Shown: positions 44,104 to 54,173 of the stretch, piece by piece
Position numbering within the stretch: position 1 is the stretch's first letter
Layout: the number at the start of each line of letters is the position of its first letter
Virus record (IMG/VR): IMGVR_UViG_3300036820_000004
Location: 32,001-96,000 of that record
Direction: 5' to 3' (one strand)
From: a virus
Length of the DNA: 64,000 bases
The notes under the pieces: model-generated
What the model was told of the DNA's origin: nothing
Seen by the model: only the letters and a program-made list of their open reading frames with translations
Database searches by the model: none
Translations under genes and position numbers: made by a program

Positions 44104-45210
44104 ATGGCTCCCTACTTTAGGGCTGGCTATGGCGCTCAGACGGCCATGCTAGCGCCCCGGCTGGCAGCAGCCGGCTACGAGGTAGCGATCTCCGCGTTCG
44201 CCGGGCTGCAGGGCGCTGCGACCACGTGGAACGGTCACACCGTCTACCCGGGCGGTCTTGACCCCTACGGCGGTGACGTCCTCCCGGCCCACGCGGCCCG
44301 GTTCGGCGCCGACCTCGTCCTCACCCTCATGGACGCGTGGGTGCTGAACCCGGCCATTGTCAACGGCCTGAACGCGGCGTGCTGGATGCCTGTCGACTGC
44401 ACGCCCCTGTCGGCGATGGACCGCGGGTTCCTGCGCAACTCCGGGGCCCGGCCCATCGCGATGAGCGAGCACGGGCGCGCCGAACTCGAAGCCGCCGGGT
44501 GGGCTGCTCTGTACGCGCCGCACGCGGTGGACACGCAGGCGTTCGCCCCGCAGGACAAGACCGCGGCGAGGAAGGTCATGGGCGTCCCGGCGGACGCCTG
44601 GGTGATCGGAGTCAACGCAGCCAACCTGGACGCGGTCCGCAAAGGCTTCCCGGAGCAGATGGCCGCGTTCGCCGCGTTCCGCAAGGACCATCCCGAGGCG
44701 ATCCTCCTGCTGCACACTCATCCCGCCGGCCCCGGTTCCGGATGCGATCTGCGGGACCTGGCCGGCCGGCTGGGCATCGGCGACGCGATCCGCTGGTCCG
44801 ATCCTTACCGGTACACCTGCGGCGGGTTCAGCACGGCGGACATGGCCCGCTGGTATGCCTGCCTGGACCTGTACTCCGGGTGCGCGTACGCCGAAGGATT
44901 CGGCCTGCCGCTCCTCGAAGCCGCAGCGTGCGGTGTCCCGTCGGTGACCACGTCATTCTCGGCGATGCCGCAAGCCGCCGGGCCGCACGCCTACCTGGCC
45001 GCAACCGAGCCGTTCTGGAACGCCCGGCACCGGGCCTGGTGGGGCAAGCCGCTGGTCGCTGACATCGCCGCAGCCTACGAGCAGGCATTCAAGGACGAAC
45101 ACGACAGCGACGCGATCCGTGCCCACGCCCTGGCCTACGACGCGGACGCGGTGTTCGCGGAGCACTGGCTGCCCGTCCTGGCGGTCCTGGCGGAAGGAGG
45201 TGCCTGTTGA
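44104..45210 (+). CDS. GT4-type glycosyltransferase paralog with disrupted 5' end
   Basis: Closely similar to the 42361 gene (LTLMDAWVLNP, WMPVDC, EGFGLPLLEA); RILVHSNAPW lies upstream in another frame. Confidence 0.8.
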   Translation: MAPYFRAGYGAQTAMLAPRLAAAGYEVAISAFAGLQGAATTWNGHTVYPGGLDPYGGDVLPAHAARFGADLVLTLMDAWVLNPAIVNGLNAACWMPVDCTPLSAMDRGFLRNSGARPIAMSEHGRAELEAAGWAALYAPHAVDTQAFAPQDKTAARKVMGVPADAWVIGVNAANLDAVRKGFPEQMAAFAAFRKDHPEAILLLHTHPAGPGSGCDLRDLAGRLGIGDAIRWSDPYRYTCGGFSTADMARWYACLDLYSGCAYAEGFGLPLLEAAACGVPSVTTSFSAMPQAAGPHAYLAATEPFWNARHRAWWGKPLVADIAAAYEQAFKDEHDSDAIRAHALAYDADAVFAEHWLPVLAVLAEGGAC

Positions 45211-45746
45211 GCCTCCGCGACGACTACCTGGCCCGGCTGGAGCCGTGGAGCGACATCCAGGACTGCCTGGTGCGCCTGCACGACGCCGCGGCCCGGTATC
45301 CCGGGGTGCGGGTCCTGGAGCTGGGGGTCCGGTCGGGCAACTCGACCGCGGCGTTCCTCGCCGCCGCCGACCGGGCGGACGGGCATGTCTGGTCGGCCGA
45401 CATCATGCCCCCGGACGTGCCCGCGCACTGGCACGACTGCGGCCGGTGGACGTTCATCCCCGGCGACGACATGATCATAATCCCGCCGCCGGGGCCGTTC
45501 GACATCCTGTTCATCGACTCCTCGCACCGCCGCGCCCACACCCTCGCCGAACTGCGCAAGTTCGCGCCACTGGTGCGGCCGGGAGGGAAGGTGCTGCTGC
45601 ATGACACGCGGCTGGAGCACGTGGACGGCGAAGAAGTGCCGTTCCCGGTGGCCCGGGCAGTGAGCGCCTTCTGCGGGGAGACCGGGTTGTCGTGGACCGA
45701 CCATGACGCCTGGTACGGTCTCGGCGAGATCGTGATCCCGGCGTGA
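45207..45746 (+). CDS. class I SAM-dependent methyltransferase (Methyltransf_24-like)
   Basis: VLELGVRSGNST, FIDSSH, PGG..LLHD. Confidence 0.85.
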   Translation: MSLRDDYLARLEPWSDIQDCLVRLHDAAARYPGVRVLELGVRSGNSTAAFLAAADRADGHVWSADIMPPDVPAHWHDCGRWTFIPGDDMIIIPPPGPFDILFIDSSHRRAHTLAELRKFAPLVRPGGKVLLHDTRLEHVDGEEVPFPVARAVSAFCGETGLSWTDHDAWYGLGEIVIPA

Positions 45747-45827
45747 ACGCCCCCGGGCTCGCCGGAGTCCTCGCCGCGCTCGAGGAAGGGTCGGCGTTCT
45801 GGCTCGGCTACGGATGGCTGAAGGCCC

Positions 45828-46331
45828 GTGGAACGCATTCCCGCTGAGTCCTGGCGCGACCACCCGGGCCACATCAGACGCTACCTGTGGGCAGCGTTCC
45901 TCACCGCGCCGTCCGAGCGGGTCAATGACATCGCCTGCGGCACCGGGTACGGTTGCCTGCTGCTGCCGCACGCCGGCTACCACGGCTACGACAAGCCCGG
46001 CGTGCCCCGCGGGGACCTGTTTCCCGGCGAGTTCACCGGGTGCGACATCGACGACCCGGCGTGGATGCCGCGCGAATGCGACGTGACGTGCTGTTTCGAG
46101 ACCCTGGAGCACGTCCGGGGCCCGGCCGCGCTGGCGAAGGTGATCACGGCCACGACCCGGCGCGCGGTGTTCGTGTCGGTGCCGGTCATCCCGACCGTGC
46201 ACTGCAACGAGTTCCACCGCTCGGACTTCACCGCCGCTGACATCCCGCCCTTGCTCGGCGGGTTCGCCGTCGCGGAAGAATGGGCCCAGCCGGAGGAAAC
46301 CTCGCACGTGTGGATGTTCACCCGTGCCTGA
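45828..46331 (+). CDS. SAM-dependent methyltransferase
   Basis: H..RY.WA, DIACGTGYG, FETLEHV. Confidence 0.8.
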   Translation: MERIPAESWRDHPGHIRRYLWAAFLTAPSERVNDIACGTGYGCLLLPHAGYHGYDKPGVPRGDLFPGEFTGCDIDDPAWMPRECDVTCCFETLEHVRGPAALAKVITATTRRAVFVSVPVIPTVHCNEFHRSDFTAADIPPLLGGFAVAEEWAQPEETSHVWMFTRA

Positions 46332-46983
46332 CGCCGCGATCATCACCGCGGTGTACGGGGCCTATGACGTGATCAAGCCAGTGTGCCCGCAAGACGGCAC
46401 CGACTGCGAGCACATCCTGGTCACCGACGATGAGACTCTCGGCGAGGACCACCTGGGCTGGCGGGTCGTCTTGCGGCCCCGTCCCGGCGTTTCCCCCATG
46501 CGGGCGGCCAAGTGCCCGAAGCTGTGCCCCTGGGAATACACCGCCGCCCCGGCATCGGTCTGGGTGGACGGGTCGGTCATCGTCACGTCGCCCCGGTTCG
46601 CCGGCCAGGTCCTGGATGCCGCCGCGCCGCTCGCGCAGTTCGCCCACCCGGACCGGGACTGCATCTACGAGGAGGCCGTGACGTCGTCGGCGATCGCCAA
46701 GTACGCGGGCGAGCCGGTCATGGCGCAGGCGCGGCACTACCGGCTGCAAGGACATCCGGAGCACTGGGGACTGTGGGCGGCCACGGTGATCGCCCGGCAC
46801 CACACCCCGCAGGTCCGCGACCTCGGCGAGCAGTGGACCGCCGAGGTCGGGGCATGGTCGTTCCAGGATCAGGTCTCCCAGCCGTACGTGCTGCGGAACC
46901 TGGGCCTGCGGCCCGCGGTGCTGCCCGGATGTTACCGGGACAACTGCTGGCTGCGCCTGGAAGGGTCGGGGAAGCACTGGTGA
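46324..46983 (+). CDS. DUF616-like glycosyltransferase
   Basis: TAVYGAYD, SVWVDG, HPDRDCIYEE, QDQVS.PYV motifs. Confidence 0.75.
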   Translation: MPDAAIITAVYGAYDVIKPVCPQDGTDCEHILVTDDETLGEDHLGWRVVLRPRPGVSPMRAAKCPKLCPWEYTAAPASVWVDGSVIVTSPRFAGQVLDAAAPLAQFAHPDRDCIYEEAVTSSAIAKYAGEPVMAQARHYRLQGHPEHWGLWAATVIARHHTPQVRDLGEQWTAEVGAWSFQDQVSQPYVLRNLGLRPAVLPGCYRDNCWLRLEGSGKHW

Positions 46984-47180
46984 CGGCCCCCGCACCCGAG
47001 GTGACGATCGCCATCGCGGGCCAGCCCGCAGTGCGTGCCCGGTGCTGCGGCAGCCCGCGGCCGGACACGTGGTGGACGCTGCGCGACAAGCACGGGAATT
47101 TTGCCCTGGAGATGCGGTGCCGCAGTTGCCAGGCCGCGCTGGGCGCCATCACCTGGCATGAGGACATGAGGCCAGCATGA
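46980..47180 (+). CDS. small Cys-rich protein
   Basis: GTGA/ATGA coupling. Confidence 0.45.
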   Translation: MTAPAPEVTIAIAGQPAVRARCCGSPRPDTWWTLRDKHGNFALEMRCRSCQAALGAITWHEDMRPA

Positions 47181-47989
47181 CCGTCTGGCTCCCGGTGATG
47201 TTCCGCGACGAACTTGAGCTCCTGGAGATGCGGCTCGAGGAAACAGCCGCGTGGCCGGCGCGGACCGTGCTGACGGAAAGCCCGCTCACCCACCGGGGCA
47301 TGCCCAAGCCGCTGCACTACGCGGAGAGCCGCGACCGGTTCGCAAAGTGGAACGACTCCATTGTGCATGTCGTCGCGGACCTGCCGGACGTGCCGCCGTG
47401 GGCGCGGGAGCACGCCCAGCGCAACGCCGCGTGGCCCGTCATCGACGCGAACGCTGAGCCCGGGGACACGGTCATCATCGCCGACCTGGACGAGATCCCG
47501 TCCTCCTCGCTGATGAACTGGCGGCAGGTAACCGGCGGCCGGTACACGGTCATCGCGGCGCGGATGCGGACCGCCTTGTTCGCCGTGGACTGGCTGGTGC
47601 CAGATGAGGTGCTGCCGCCGACATGCGTCGCGGCCACCGTGGAATGGCTGCGGGCGAGAGCGGCCGAGGGCCAAGGGCTCGGCGAGGTGCGGGACCGGCG
47701 CGGTGAGTTCTTCCAGCTGCGGGACGGCGGCTGGCATTTCTCGTGGCTCGGGGGACCCGCAGCGCAGCAGCGCAAGCTCCTGACCTCCACCTGTCACACC
47801 GAACTGCTCGGCACCGAAGAGGGGAACCTGATCCTGTCCGGGGAGCGGTACCGCACCGGCCGGCATGCCGCTGGCCACCTGCCCGTCGTGGGCGCGGACG
47901 CGGACGGGACGTGGCCGGCGTTCATCAGGGAGCGGCGCTGCCCTGCTGAGTGGTTCCGGCCCAGAAAGGAAGCCGCCTGTGCCCTCTGA
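47177..47989 (+). CDS. GT17-like glycosyltransferase
   Basis: ELELLEMRLEE, ES..TH.G.PKPL, W.RE..QRN, DLDEIP, GGWHFSWLG. Confidence 0.8.
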   Translation: MTVWLPVMFRDELELLEMRLEETAAWPARTVLTESPLTHRGMPKPLHYAESRDRFAKWNDSIVHVVADLPDVPPWAREHAQRNAAWPVIDANAEPGDTVIIADLDEIPSSSLMNWRQVTGGRYTVIAARMRTALFAVDWLVPDEVLPPTCVAATVEWLRARAAEGQGLGEVRDRRGEFFQLRDGGWHFSWLGGPAAQQRKLLTSTCHTELLGTEEGNLILSGERYRTGRHAAGHLPVVGADADGTWPAFIRERRCPAEWFRPRKEAACAL

Positions 47990-48788
47990 CTTGTCCTCCA
48001 TGGCCGTGATGACCACCGCCTGGAGACGTCCCTACTACTTCGAGCGCGTCCTGCTTTCCTGGTCCCGCGCCGAGGGCATCGAGAGCCTGGGCCGGTTCGT
48101 GATCTCACTGGGCCGCACCGACCGCTACGACCGCCAGGTGAAGCTCATTGACCGGATGCGCTCCCGGTTCGGGGTGCTGGAGATCCTGGACCAGTCCGGC
48201 CGGGCCATGTCAGTCAACGGGCCGCACACCGCTATCGCCGAGGCCGCGATCCACGCGTTCGCCAGCGACGGCATCGACTTCCTGGTGTTCGGCGAGGAAG
48301 ACGTGATGGTCTCCTCCGACGTGCTCACCTTCATGTGGCGGGCCGCAAGCCAGTTCCGGGATGACGAGCGCGTGCTGGCGGTTCTCGCCCATTCCCGATG
48401 CGGGCAGGGCTGGGACGGCCCGTCGGTGACCGACGACCCGGACGCGGATCCGGGGATCGTGCGCCTGGCGCCGTACTTCAACCCGTGGTGCTGGGGCGTG
48501 TGGCGGGACCGGTGGGAGCAGGTCCTGGAACCGGAGTGGGACTGGGACTGCACGAGTGGCGGCCCGATGGACAGCGGCTACGACCACAACATCCAGGCCC
48601 GCATCCTGCCCCGCCACAACATGCTCTGCGTCGTTCCCGACGCTTCTCGCTCGCAGAACATCGGCCAGCACGAAGGCTGGGCGACCAGCCCGCAGACCTG
48701 GGCCTTCTCCCAGGCGAAATCCTTTCGCGAGCACCGCGACCCGTGCGAGTTCCGGCTAGCCGAGGAGACGCAATGCCCAGCCAAGTGA
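47979..48788 (+). CDS. GT-A fold glycosyltransferase
   Basis: RRPYY..RVL.S, EED.MVS.D.L.F, FNPWCWG.WRDRW, SRSQNIG. Confidence 0.7.
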   Translation: MPSDLSSMAVMTTAWRRPYYFERVLLSWSRAEGIESLGRFVISLGRTDRYDRQVKLIDRMRSRFGVLEILDQSGRAMSVNGPHTAIAEAAIHAFASDGIDFLVFGEEDVMVSSDVLTFMWRAASQFRDDERVLAVLAHSRCGQGWDGPSVTDDPDADPGIVRLAPYFNPWCWGVWRDRWEQVLEPEWDWDCTSGGPMDSGYDHNIQARILPRHNMLCVVPDASRSQNIGQHEGWATSPQTWAFSQAKSFREHRDPCEFRLAEETQCPAK

Positions 48789-49063
48789 ACCTGCCCCCCG
48801 GCTGCAGGTCACTGCGCATGGAAGACGGCTCCCGCTACGTCGCGGCCCGCGAGGGCGGCAAGGTCACCGTCGAAGACCATCACGCAGCGGCGATCGACCA
48901 GATGGACGGGAACGGCACCGCGGGCTTGGTGACCGGAGCGTTCCGGGTGTTCGGCAGCAGCAGGAAGGCCGGGCGCTGGTGCCGGTCCTGCCAGCCAGCA
49001 CGGCTCTGGAACGCCTGGAATTTGCTTTGTCCGCGCTGCGGTGCGGCTACGGAGCCTGAGTAA
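48773..49063 (+). CDS. small protein with C-terminal Zn ribbon
   Basis: RBS GAGGAG; CRSC...CPRC. Confidence 0.6.
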   Translation: MPSQVNLPPGCRSLRMEDGSRYVAAREGGKVTVEDHHAAAIDQMDGNGTAGLVTGAFRVFGSSRKAGRWCRSCQPARLWNAWNLLCPRCGAATEPE

Positions 49064-49092
49064 ATCCACCACTCACCGGAAGGAACCATGCC

Positions 49093-49782
49093 ATGACCCT
49101 CTTTGCCCGGAGTGATGTCGCTTCGGTGCATGTCCCTGCCGAGGACTTCGGAGGCTGCGCGCAGACGCATCGCCGACCCGTGGTCAACGGCGCGCCCGCC
49201 CAGGTCTGGGCGCTGGACTGCCCCTCATGCGAGAACCATCTCCGCCACAGCGACCAGTGGGGTGTCACCGCATCCGAGATCCCCGAAACCCACGATGAGG
49301 GCAAGGCCCGCGAGGACTTCGACAAGCGCGGCGCCAAGGACAAGGACGCGATCCTCACCCTGGCACTGGCCCGTCTCGCCGGGATCGACTCCGCCGAACT
49401 TCCCGAGTCACTGACCCGGATGATCTCCGGTGCGCCGCTGCACGTCCCGGTCCAGGGGCAGATGGAATGCCCGGACGGTCATGGACAGCCGGCCGGGTCC
49501 AGGTTCTGCAACCAGTGCGGGTCGCCCATGTCGCAGCCGGCCACCAAGGCCGCTCTCAGTGCCCCCCAGCGCGCCGCTGAGCCTGCCCCTGCCGCAGCTC
49601 CGCCACCGTCGGCACTGCGGGCTCAGCGGCTGCGGGACGCGCGGCTGGAAACCCTTCAGGCGCTCGCCCGCAGCAGGGACCTGGACGCGGACGGCACCCG
49701 GCCCGACCTCATCTCGCGACTCGCGGCAGCCGGGGTCACCAACGCCGACCTTCAGCGGTTCCTCGAGCCCGCAGCCGTCTAG
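49093..49782 (+). CDS. Zn-ribbon protein with SAP-like C-terminus
   Basis: RBS GGAAGGA; CPDGH...FCNQCG; L..LA..R.L...GT..DLI.RL. Confidence 0.7.
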   Translation: MTLFARSDVASVHVPAEDFGGCAQTHRRPVVNGAPAQVWALDCPSCENHLRHSDQWGVTASEIPETHDEGKAREDFDKRGAKDKDAILTLALARLAGIDSAELPESLTRMISGAPLHVPVQGQMECPDGHGQPAGSRFCNQCGSPMSQPATKAALSAPQRAAEPAPAAAPPPSALRAQRLRDARLETLQALARSRDLDADGTRPDLISRLAAAGVTNADLQRFLEPAAV

Positions 49783-50010
49783 GGAGCATGTGGGAAGGCG
49801 TAAAGGGGCATCCTGCGCCCGGTGCGGCGGGACGAAGCGCACCAGGGGGCGGCGCAAACCGCAGATGCAGTGGGGAACATCGCAGGGTGCCCCGATCGGC
49901 ATGTGCGTGGACTGCCAGGAACCTGTTTGCCTCATACATGCGGTGGAAGCCCCCGACGACGGGGGGTACCGCTGCACGAAATGCCAGCGGGCCAAACGGA
50001 AGGGCACGGC

Positions 50011-50985
50011 ATGACGTTCCCGGCGCAGGCCGTCCCCCTCCCCGCAGGGCAAACCCCTTACGTCACCGCGGACCAGCTGCTCAACGGGATGTGGCCGACC
50101 GGGATCAGCTGGGCGTCGCTCCCGCCGGGGCGCGAGGCTACCGTTGACCAGAAGTACGCGGCGGTCTCCACGGTCTGCGCGGAAGGCACCAGTGAATGCG
50201 ACGCGGCCTGCAACCAGCCGCTCCGCTGCACGGCGACAACCGAGTTCCTCCACGGACCCGGCGACGGCGGGAACCGGGTCACGATCCAGCCCGGGTCCGG
50301 GCTGTGCCGGGTCATCCTCCAGCGCCTGCCCGTCCTGATGATCACCCAGGTACGCGTGTCACCGAACGTGTTCCCGCGGCAGTGGACCACACTGCCCGAC
50401 GGGTACTACTCGCCCGAGTACCCGGCCCTCGGCCTGTACGACTCGATCGCGCCGTCTGCGGGCGGCCAGGGCGGCCAGGCCATTCTCATCGCCCAGGGCT
50501 ATGTCCCTCCGGTCCGCTACGGCACGGCGATCCAGGTGTCCTACACTCACGGCTGGCCGCACGGGTCACTGACCGAGGCGGCCGACGCTGACGCGACCGA
50601 GATCAGCGTGGATGACTGCACGGGCTGGGGCATCACCACCGCGGCCGGGACCGGGGCCGCGGGCGTCGTCTACGACGGCGCGTCCGGGTCACAGGAAGCG
50701 ATCAAATGCACCGCTTCATCTGACCCGTCCGGGCCCGGGATGCTTACTCTCGCAACGCCGCTGCAGAACGCCCACAATGCCGGGATCATGGTGTCGTCGT
50801 TCCCGCAGGACATCATCTGGGGCGCGGCCCTGTTCGCCTCCGCTACGGCGCTCACCAGGGGCGCAACCGCGACCACGATCCAGGAAGCGCCCGGGCGCGG
50901 GTCAGGCAGCGGCGGCGACGCGGGCGTGACCGGGCTGATGAAGGCCGCCCAGAAGAAACTCCGGTTCTACGCGAGGACAATCTGA
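50011..50985 (+). CDS. putative head-to-tail adaptor
   Basis: PYVT..L, A...D..CNQPL, V.YTHGW, P.DI..A; position in the virion module. Confidence 0.65.
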   Translation: MTFPAQAVPLPAGQTPYVTADQLLNGMWPTGISWASLPPGREATVDQKYAAVSTVCAEGTSECDAACNQPLRCTATTEFLHGPGDGGNRVTIQPGSGLCRVILQRLPVLMITQVRVSPNVFPRQWTTLPDGYYSPEYPALGLYDSIAPSAGGQGGQAILIAQGYVPPVRYGTAIQVSYTHGWPHGSLTEAADADATEISVDDCTGWGITTAAGTGAAGVVYDGASGSQEAIKCTASSDPSGPGMLTLATPLQNAHNAGIMVSSFPQDIIWGAALFASATALTRGATATTIQEAPGRGSGSGGDAGVTGLMKAAQKKLRFYARTI

Positions 50986-51542
50986 TGTCGCTCGCCGCGG
51001 TCCAGCAGTACATCAAGAGCCTGCTGGATCAGATGCCGTGGCCGGACACGATGACCGGCCTGCCGGCCCCGAACTGTTACATCCAGCCGCCCAACCCGAA
51101 CGTGCAATCGGAAATCCCGTCGATCTACGTGTGGATGCAACGGGACCGCGAATCCCGCGACACCGACAAACTCCGCTCGGGCACTATCCCCCGCGCCGCG
51201 GCACCCGGCGGCCCGTCTGGCACCAAGGCCGTCGACTACATGATCCCGGTATGGCTGGTGTGGATGATGTCATCCGACGATCCTGACATCGACAACCTGT
51301 TCCCCGGCATGATCTGGGCCGTGCGCACTGTCCTGCGCGGCGGCGCTTTCGCCGAGGACGGCACCTCCTACAGCCAGACGCCGTACCTGCTGACCGACCC
51401 GTGGACCAGTGAGCAATCCTGGCTGATTGACCTCGGTGAGGACATGACCACCGAGAACTACGAGCGTGTTCTCGAAGATCAGCGATTCCTGCGTTTCGAC
51501 GCGGTCATCGACTGCTCGGTCAGCGAAGTCATCGCTTCCTGA
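50985..51542 (+). CDS. putative tail terminator / neck protein
   Basis: Size and position before the tail tube gene. Confidence 0.55.
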   Translation: MSLAAVQQYIKSLLDQMPWPDTMTGLPAPNCYIQPPNPNVQSEIPSIYVWMQRDRESRDTDKLRSGTIPRAAAPGGPSGTKAVDYMIPVWLVWMMSSDDPDIDNLFPGMIWAVRTVLRGGAFAEDGTSYSQTPYLLTDPWTSEQSWLIDLGEDMTTENYERVLEDQRFLRFDAVIDCSVSEVIAS

Positions 51543-51584
51543 GCTGCCTTTACCTTCACCTTCACCCTCACCGACAGGAGCCGT

Positions 51585-51836
51585 GTGGCTGGTGGTCCTT
51601 ACTCGTTTTCCGGCCTGAACACCCTGGGCTACCCCGACTACCGCGACCTCGGCACCGGCCGCATGCTGGTCGCCGCCCCCGGCGAGTCCTACGAGATCGC
51701 CGCCATCGACGGCCAGCTCGTCGTGCCGCCCCCGGACGGCCGCTGGGCCGCGGCAAGTTCCGGTGCCCCGCCCGGCATCACCCCTCCCCCTCCAGTCCCG
51801 CCTGTGCCCGCAGTCGAGGGGAGTGAAGCGGCATGA
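51585..51836 (+). CDS. hypothetical protein
   Basis: RBS AGGAG; coupled to the tail tube gene. Confidence 0.6.
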   Translation: MAGGPYSFSGLNTLGYPDYRDLGTGRMLVAAPGESYEIAAIDGQLVVPPPDGRWAAASSGAPPGITPPPPVPPVPAVEGSEAA

Positions 51837-53113
51837 CCAACATCCCCCCGGGCGTCGCGCCGTCCTCCAGGTCCTGGCTCGGCATCGCCCGCGAGATCGG
51901 CGGCGCCGGCATCTCCGGTGTCGGCACCCCGACCCTGCCCACCGCGACAATCCCCCTCGACAAGTCCTCGTACGAGGTTGAGGACATGCCCAAGTTCCTC
52001 GAGGACCTCGCCATCCGCGGCAGCATGTCGCAGCGGTTCGCCGACGTGATCGGCGTCCAGGACGCCTCGTTCTCGTTCGGCGGCCCGGTCTTCGGCGACG
52101 TGTGGGGCTACTTCTTCGACAACCTCTTCGGCGACCTGTCCACCACCGGTTCCACCCCGGCGAACGGCACGCACATCGTCAACCCGGGCGGCGTTGTCGT
52201 GGGCGGGACGCAGGTCACGGTGGCCAGCACGACCGGTTACACGAACTCGTCGATCGTCCAGATCGACAGCGGCTCCGTCAGCGAAGTCGTCATCCTGAAC
52301 ACATCCGGCGGCACTGTGGGCGGCACCGCGCTGGTCTTCTCCAACTACCCGCTGCGGTTCGCCCACGGGTCCGCCGCGACCGTCAGCACGGTCACCGGCC
52401 CCTACATGCACACCTTCGCTGTGCTCAACTCCACAGCCGGGTACGGCGGCGCGAACGGCGCCCAGCCGCCAACGCACAGCCTGACCGACAACACGTACCT
52501 CACCCCCGGCGTCTACGCACGCACCTACCCCGGCGCGTGCGTCGGCCAGATCGAGATCAACGGCAACGCCGAAGGTCTCTTTATGGGGAAAAGTTCCGGA
52601 AATACCTGGTTGTCCGCCCCGGCCTCGACCATCCCGACTAACTCGACTACCTTCACGGTTCCCCTGCCGAACTGGCGTTCCACGCTCACTGTCGGCACCG
52701 CGGTCACTTACGATGTGGGCGAGTGGACGTGCACCTTGAAGCGGGAATTGCAAGTTTTTTGGACAGAACAGAACAATCAGACTCCATTTATCATCGCGCG
52801 AGGGACTCTCGACGCGTCCGGGGGCATGAAGTTCACCGTCCCTTCAGACGAGACCCCCCTGAACTACATGCTGAACAACGTTCCTCTCTTGGTCCAGATA
52901 GTCACGACCAACGGCCTATCAGGGGTCAACGAGATCCAGTACACGGTGACCGCGCATAACGCGCAGTTCGTCAAGTCGAAGCCCGTGAGGTCGGGCGTGC
53001 TGGTCGGCTACGACAACGAGTACCGCACTGAGGCAAACACTTCAGATGTGGGCGGATCCGGCGGACTAGGACAAATGACGCTCCAGATTCTCAATAACGT
53101 TCCGACATACTAG
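51833..53113 (+). CDS. major tail tube protein
   Basis: WLGIARE..., LED.AIRGSM, Y.HTF, TY.G, I.RG.L..SG; upstream of chaperones and tape measure. Confidence 0.75.
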   Translation: MTNIPPGVAPSSRSWLGIAREIGGAGISGVGTPTLPTATIPLDKSSYEVEDMPKFLEDLAIRGSMSQRFADVIGVQDASFSFGGPVFGDVWGYFFDNLFGDLSTTGSTPANGTHIVNPGGVVVGGTQVTVASTTGYTNSSIVQIDSGSVSEVVILNTSGGTVGGTALVFSNYPLRFAHGSAATVSTVTGPYMHTFAVLNSTAGYGGANGAQPPTHSLTDNTYLTPGVYARTYPGACVGQIEINGNAEGLFMGKSSGNTWLSAPASTIPTNSTTFTVPLPNWRSTLTVGTAVTYDVGEWTCTLKRELQVFWTEQNNQTPFIIARGTLDASGGMKFTVPSDETPLNYMLNNVPLLVQIVTTNGLSGVNEIQYTVTAHNAQFVKSKPVRSGVLVGYDNEYRTEANTSDVGGSGGLGQMTLQILNNVPTY

Positions 53114-53126
53114 ACATTTCGGATAC

Positions 53127-54173
53127 TCAGGACAGTGTGGCCTTGCCTATGAGTGCGGCCTCAAGGTCTGCCACCCTGACCAGCAGGGCATTCCTCTCGC
53201 GGGTCAACTCAGCGATACTGCGCCTGTGATGGGCCTGCACCTTGGCCGTCTCCCATGCGCAGTTACCGGGCTCGTAGTTTCCTTCTACATCCGTCCGGTC
53301 GAGACTGTACTCAGGGGTCGGCTTCGGGCCCATGTCCGCGATGAAGTTCTGCAGGCCCTCAGGTAGCCCGAGCCAGCGATCGCAGACCTTGATGCCCCGG
53401 CCGCCGTAACCTTCCCAGTTCCGCGCATCCGGGTTGGTGCAGCGATCCACCATGCTGTACCAGGTCTGATACAGCGGGTGTTTGCTGAGACCGTGGGTGA
53501 TGCGTCGCTCCCGCTGGATACACCCGCAGGATCGGGTAACGCCGAATTTAAGGCTGTTGGCTTTCGGCTTCGCCTCGTTTCCGCACTCGCAGGTGCAGCG
53601 CACCCGGTCGTGGCAGAAGTAGACATCTTCCAGGAGTGTGAGACGCCCGAAAACCGTGCCCGCTGCCAGATACGGCTGTTTTCCCGGGGACACTGTCATC
53701 GGACGCCCTAGGGGTTTGCCCTTCCGGTGGCAGACGCACGGCTTGTTGCCCCACCTCAGCAATGCATCGGCCGAGACGAGACGCTCGTTGCCACATTCGC
53801 AACGAACCGGAAGGACAGTACCGTCGCGGCCATAGTTCTTCAGTACTGTCCAGGTGCCGATGACATCGCCGGCGCTGATCTGAGGCTCCCGGCGCTTCAC
53901 GCGCCCAACAGGGCCTGGATCGCCGTTTTTCTCCACGCGGCGCCAGTGCATCCGGCACCAGCCGAAAGCCCACGCATAATTGGGGCAGTCGTCCAGGTGC
54001 TGGCACTTCTTTCTGCCCCGGCGCCGCAGCGAGGCTTCGTGTGCATGCCGGGCGCGGCTGGCACGCTCACGGATGCACTCTGCCTTGGTAGTGCAGATGC
54101 CGACCCGGTTACTGGACCGGAGCTGGCCGCGGCAGACCGCGCAGGTGCGGGTCGCGGGGGTAGCCTTGTCCAT
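53127..54173 (-). CDS. free-standing HNH-type homing endonuclease
   Basis: RBS GAGGAG; C.CGN repeats, SCGC, HG.S..PLY..W..M..RC, YGGRGI.VC.RW, SLDR.D..GNYEP.NC.W. Confidence 0.85.
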   Translation of the reverse strand: MDKATPATRTCAVCRGQLRSSNRVGICTTKAECIRERASRARHAHEASLRRRGRKKCQHLDDCPNYAWAFGWCRMHWRRVEKNGDPGPVGRVKRREPQISAGDVIGTWTVLKNYGRDGTVLPVRCECGNERLVSADALLRWGNKPCVCHRKGKPLGRPMTVSPGKQPYLAAGTVFGRLTLLEDVYFCHDRVRCTCECGNEAKPKANSLKFGVTRSCGCIQRERRITHGLSKHPLYQTWYSMVDRCTNPDARNWEGYGGRGIKVCDRWLGLPEGLQNFIADMGPKPTPEYSLDRTDVEGNYEPGNCAWETAKVQAHHRRSIAELTRERNALLVRVADLEAALIGKATLS

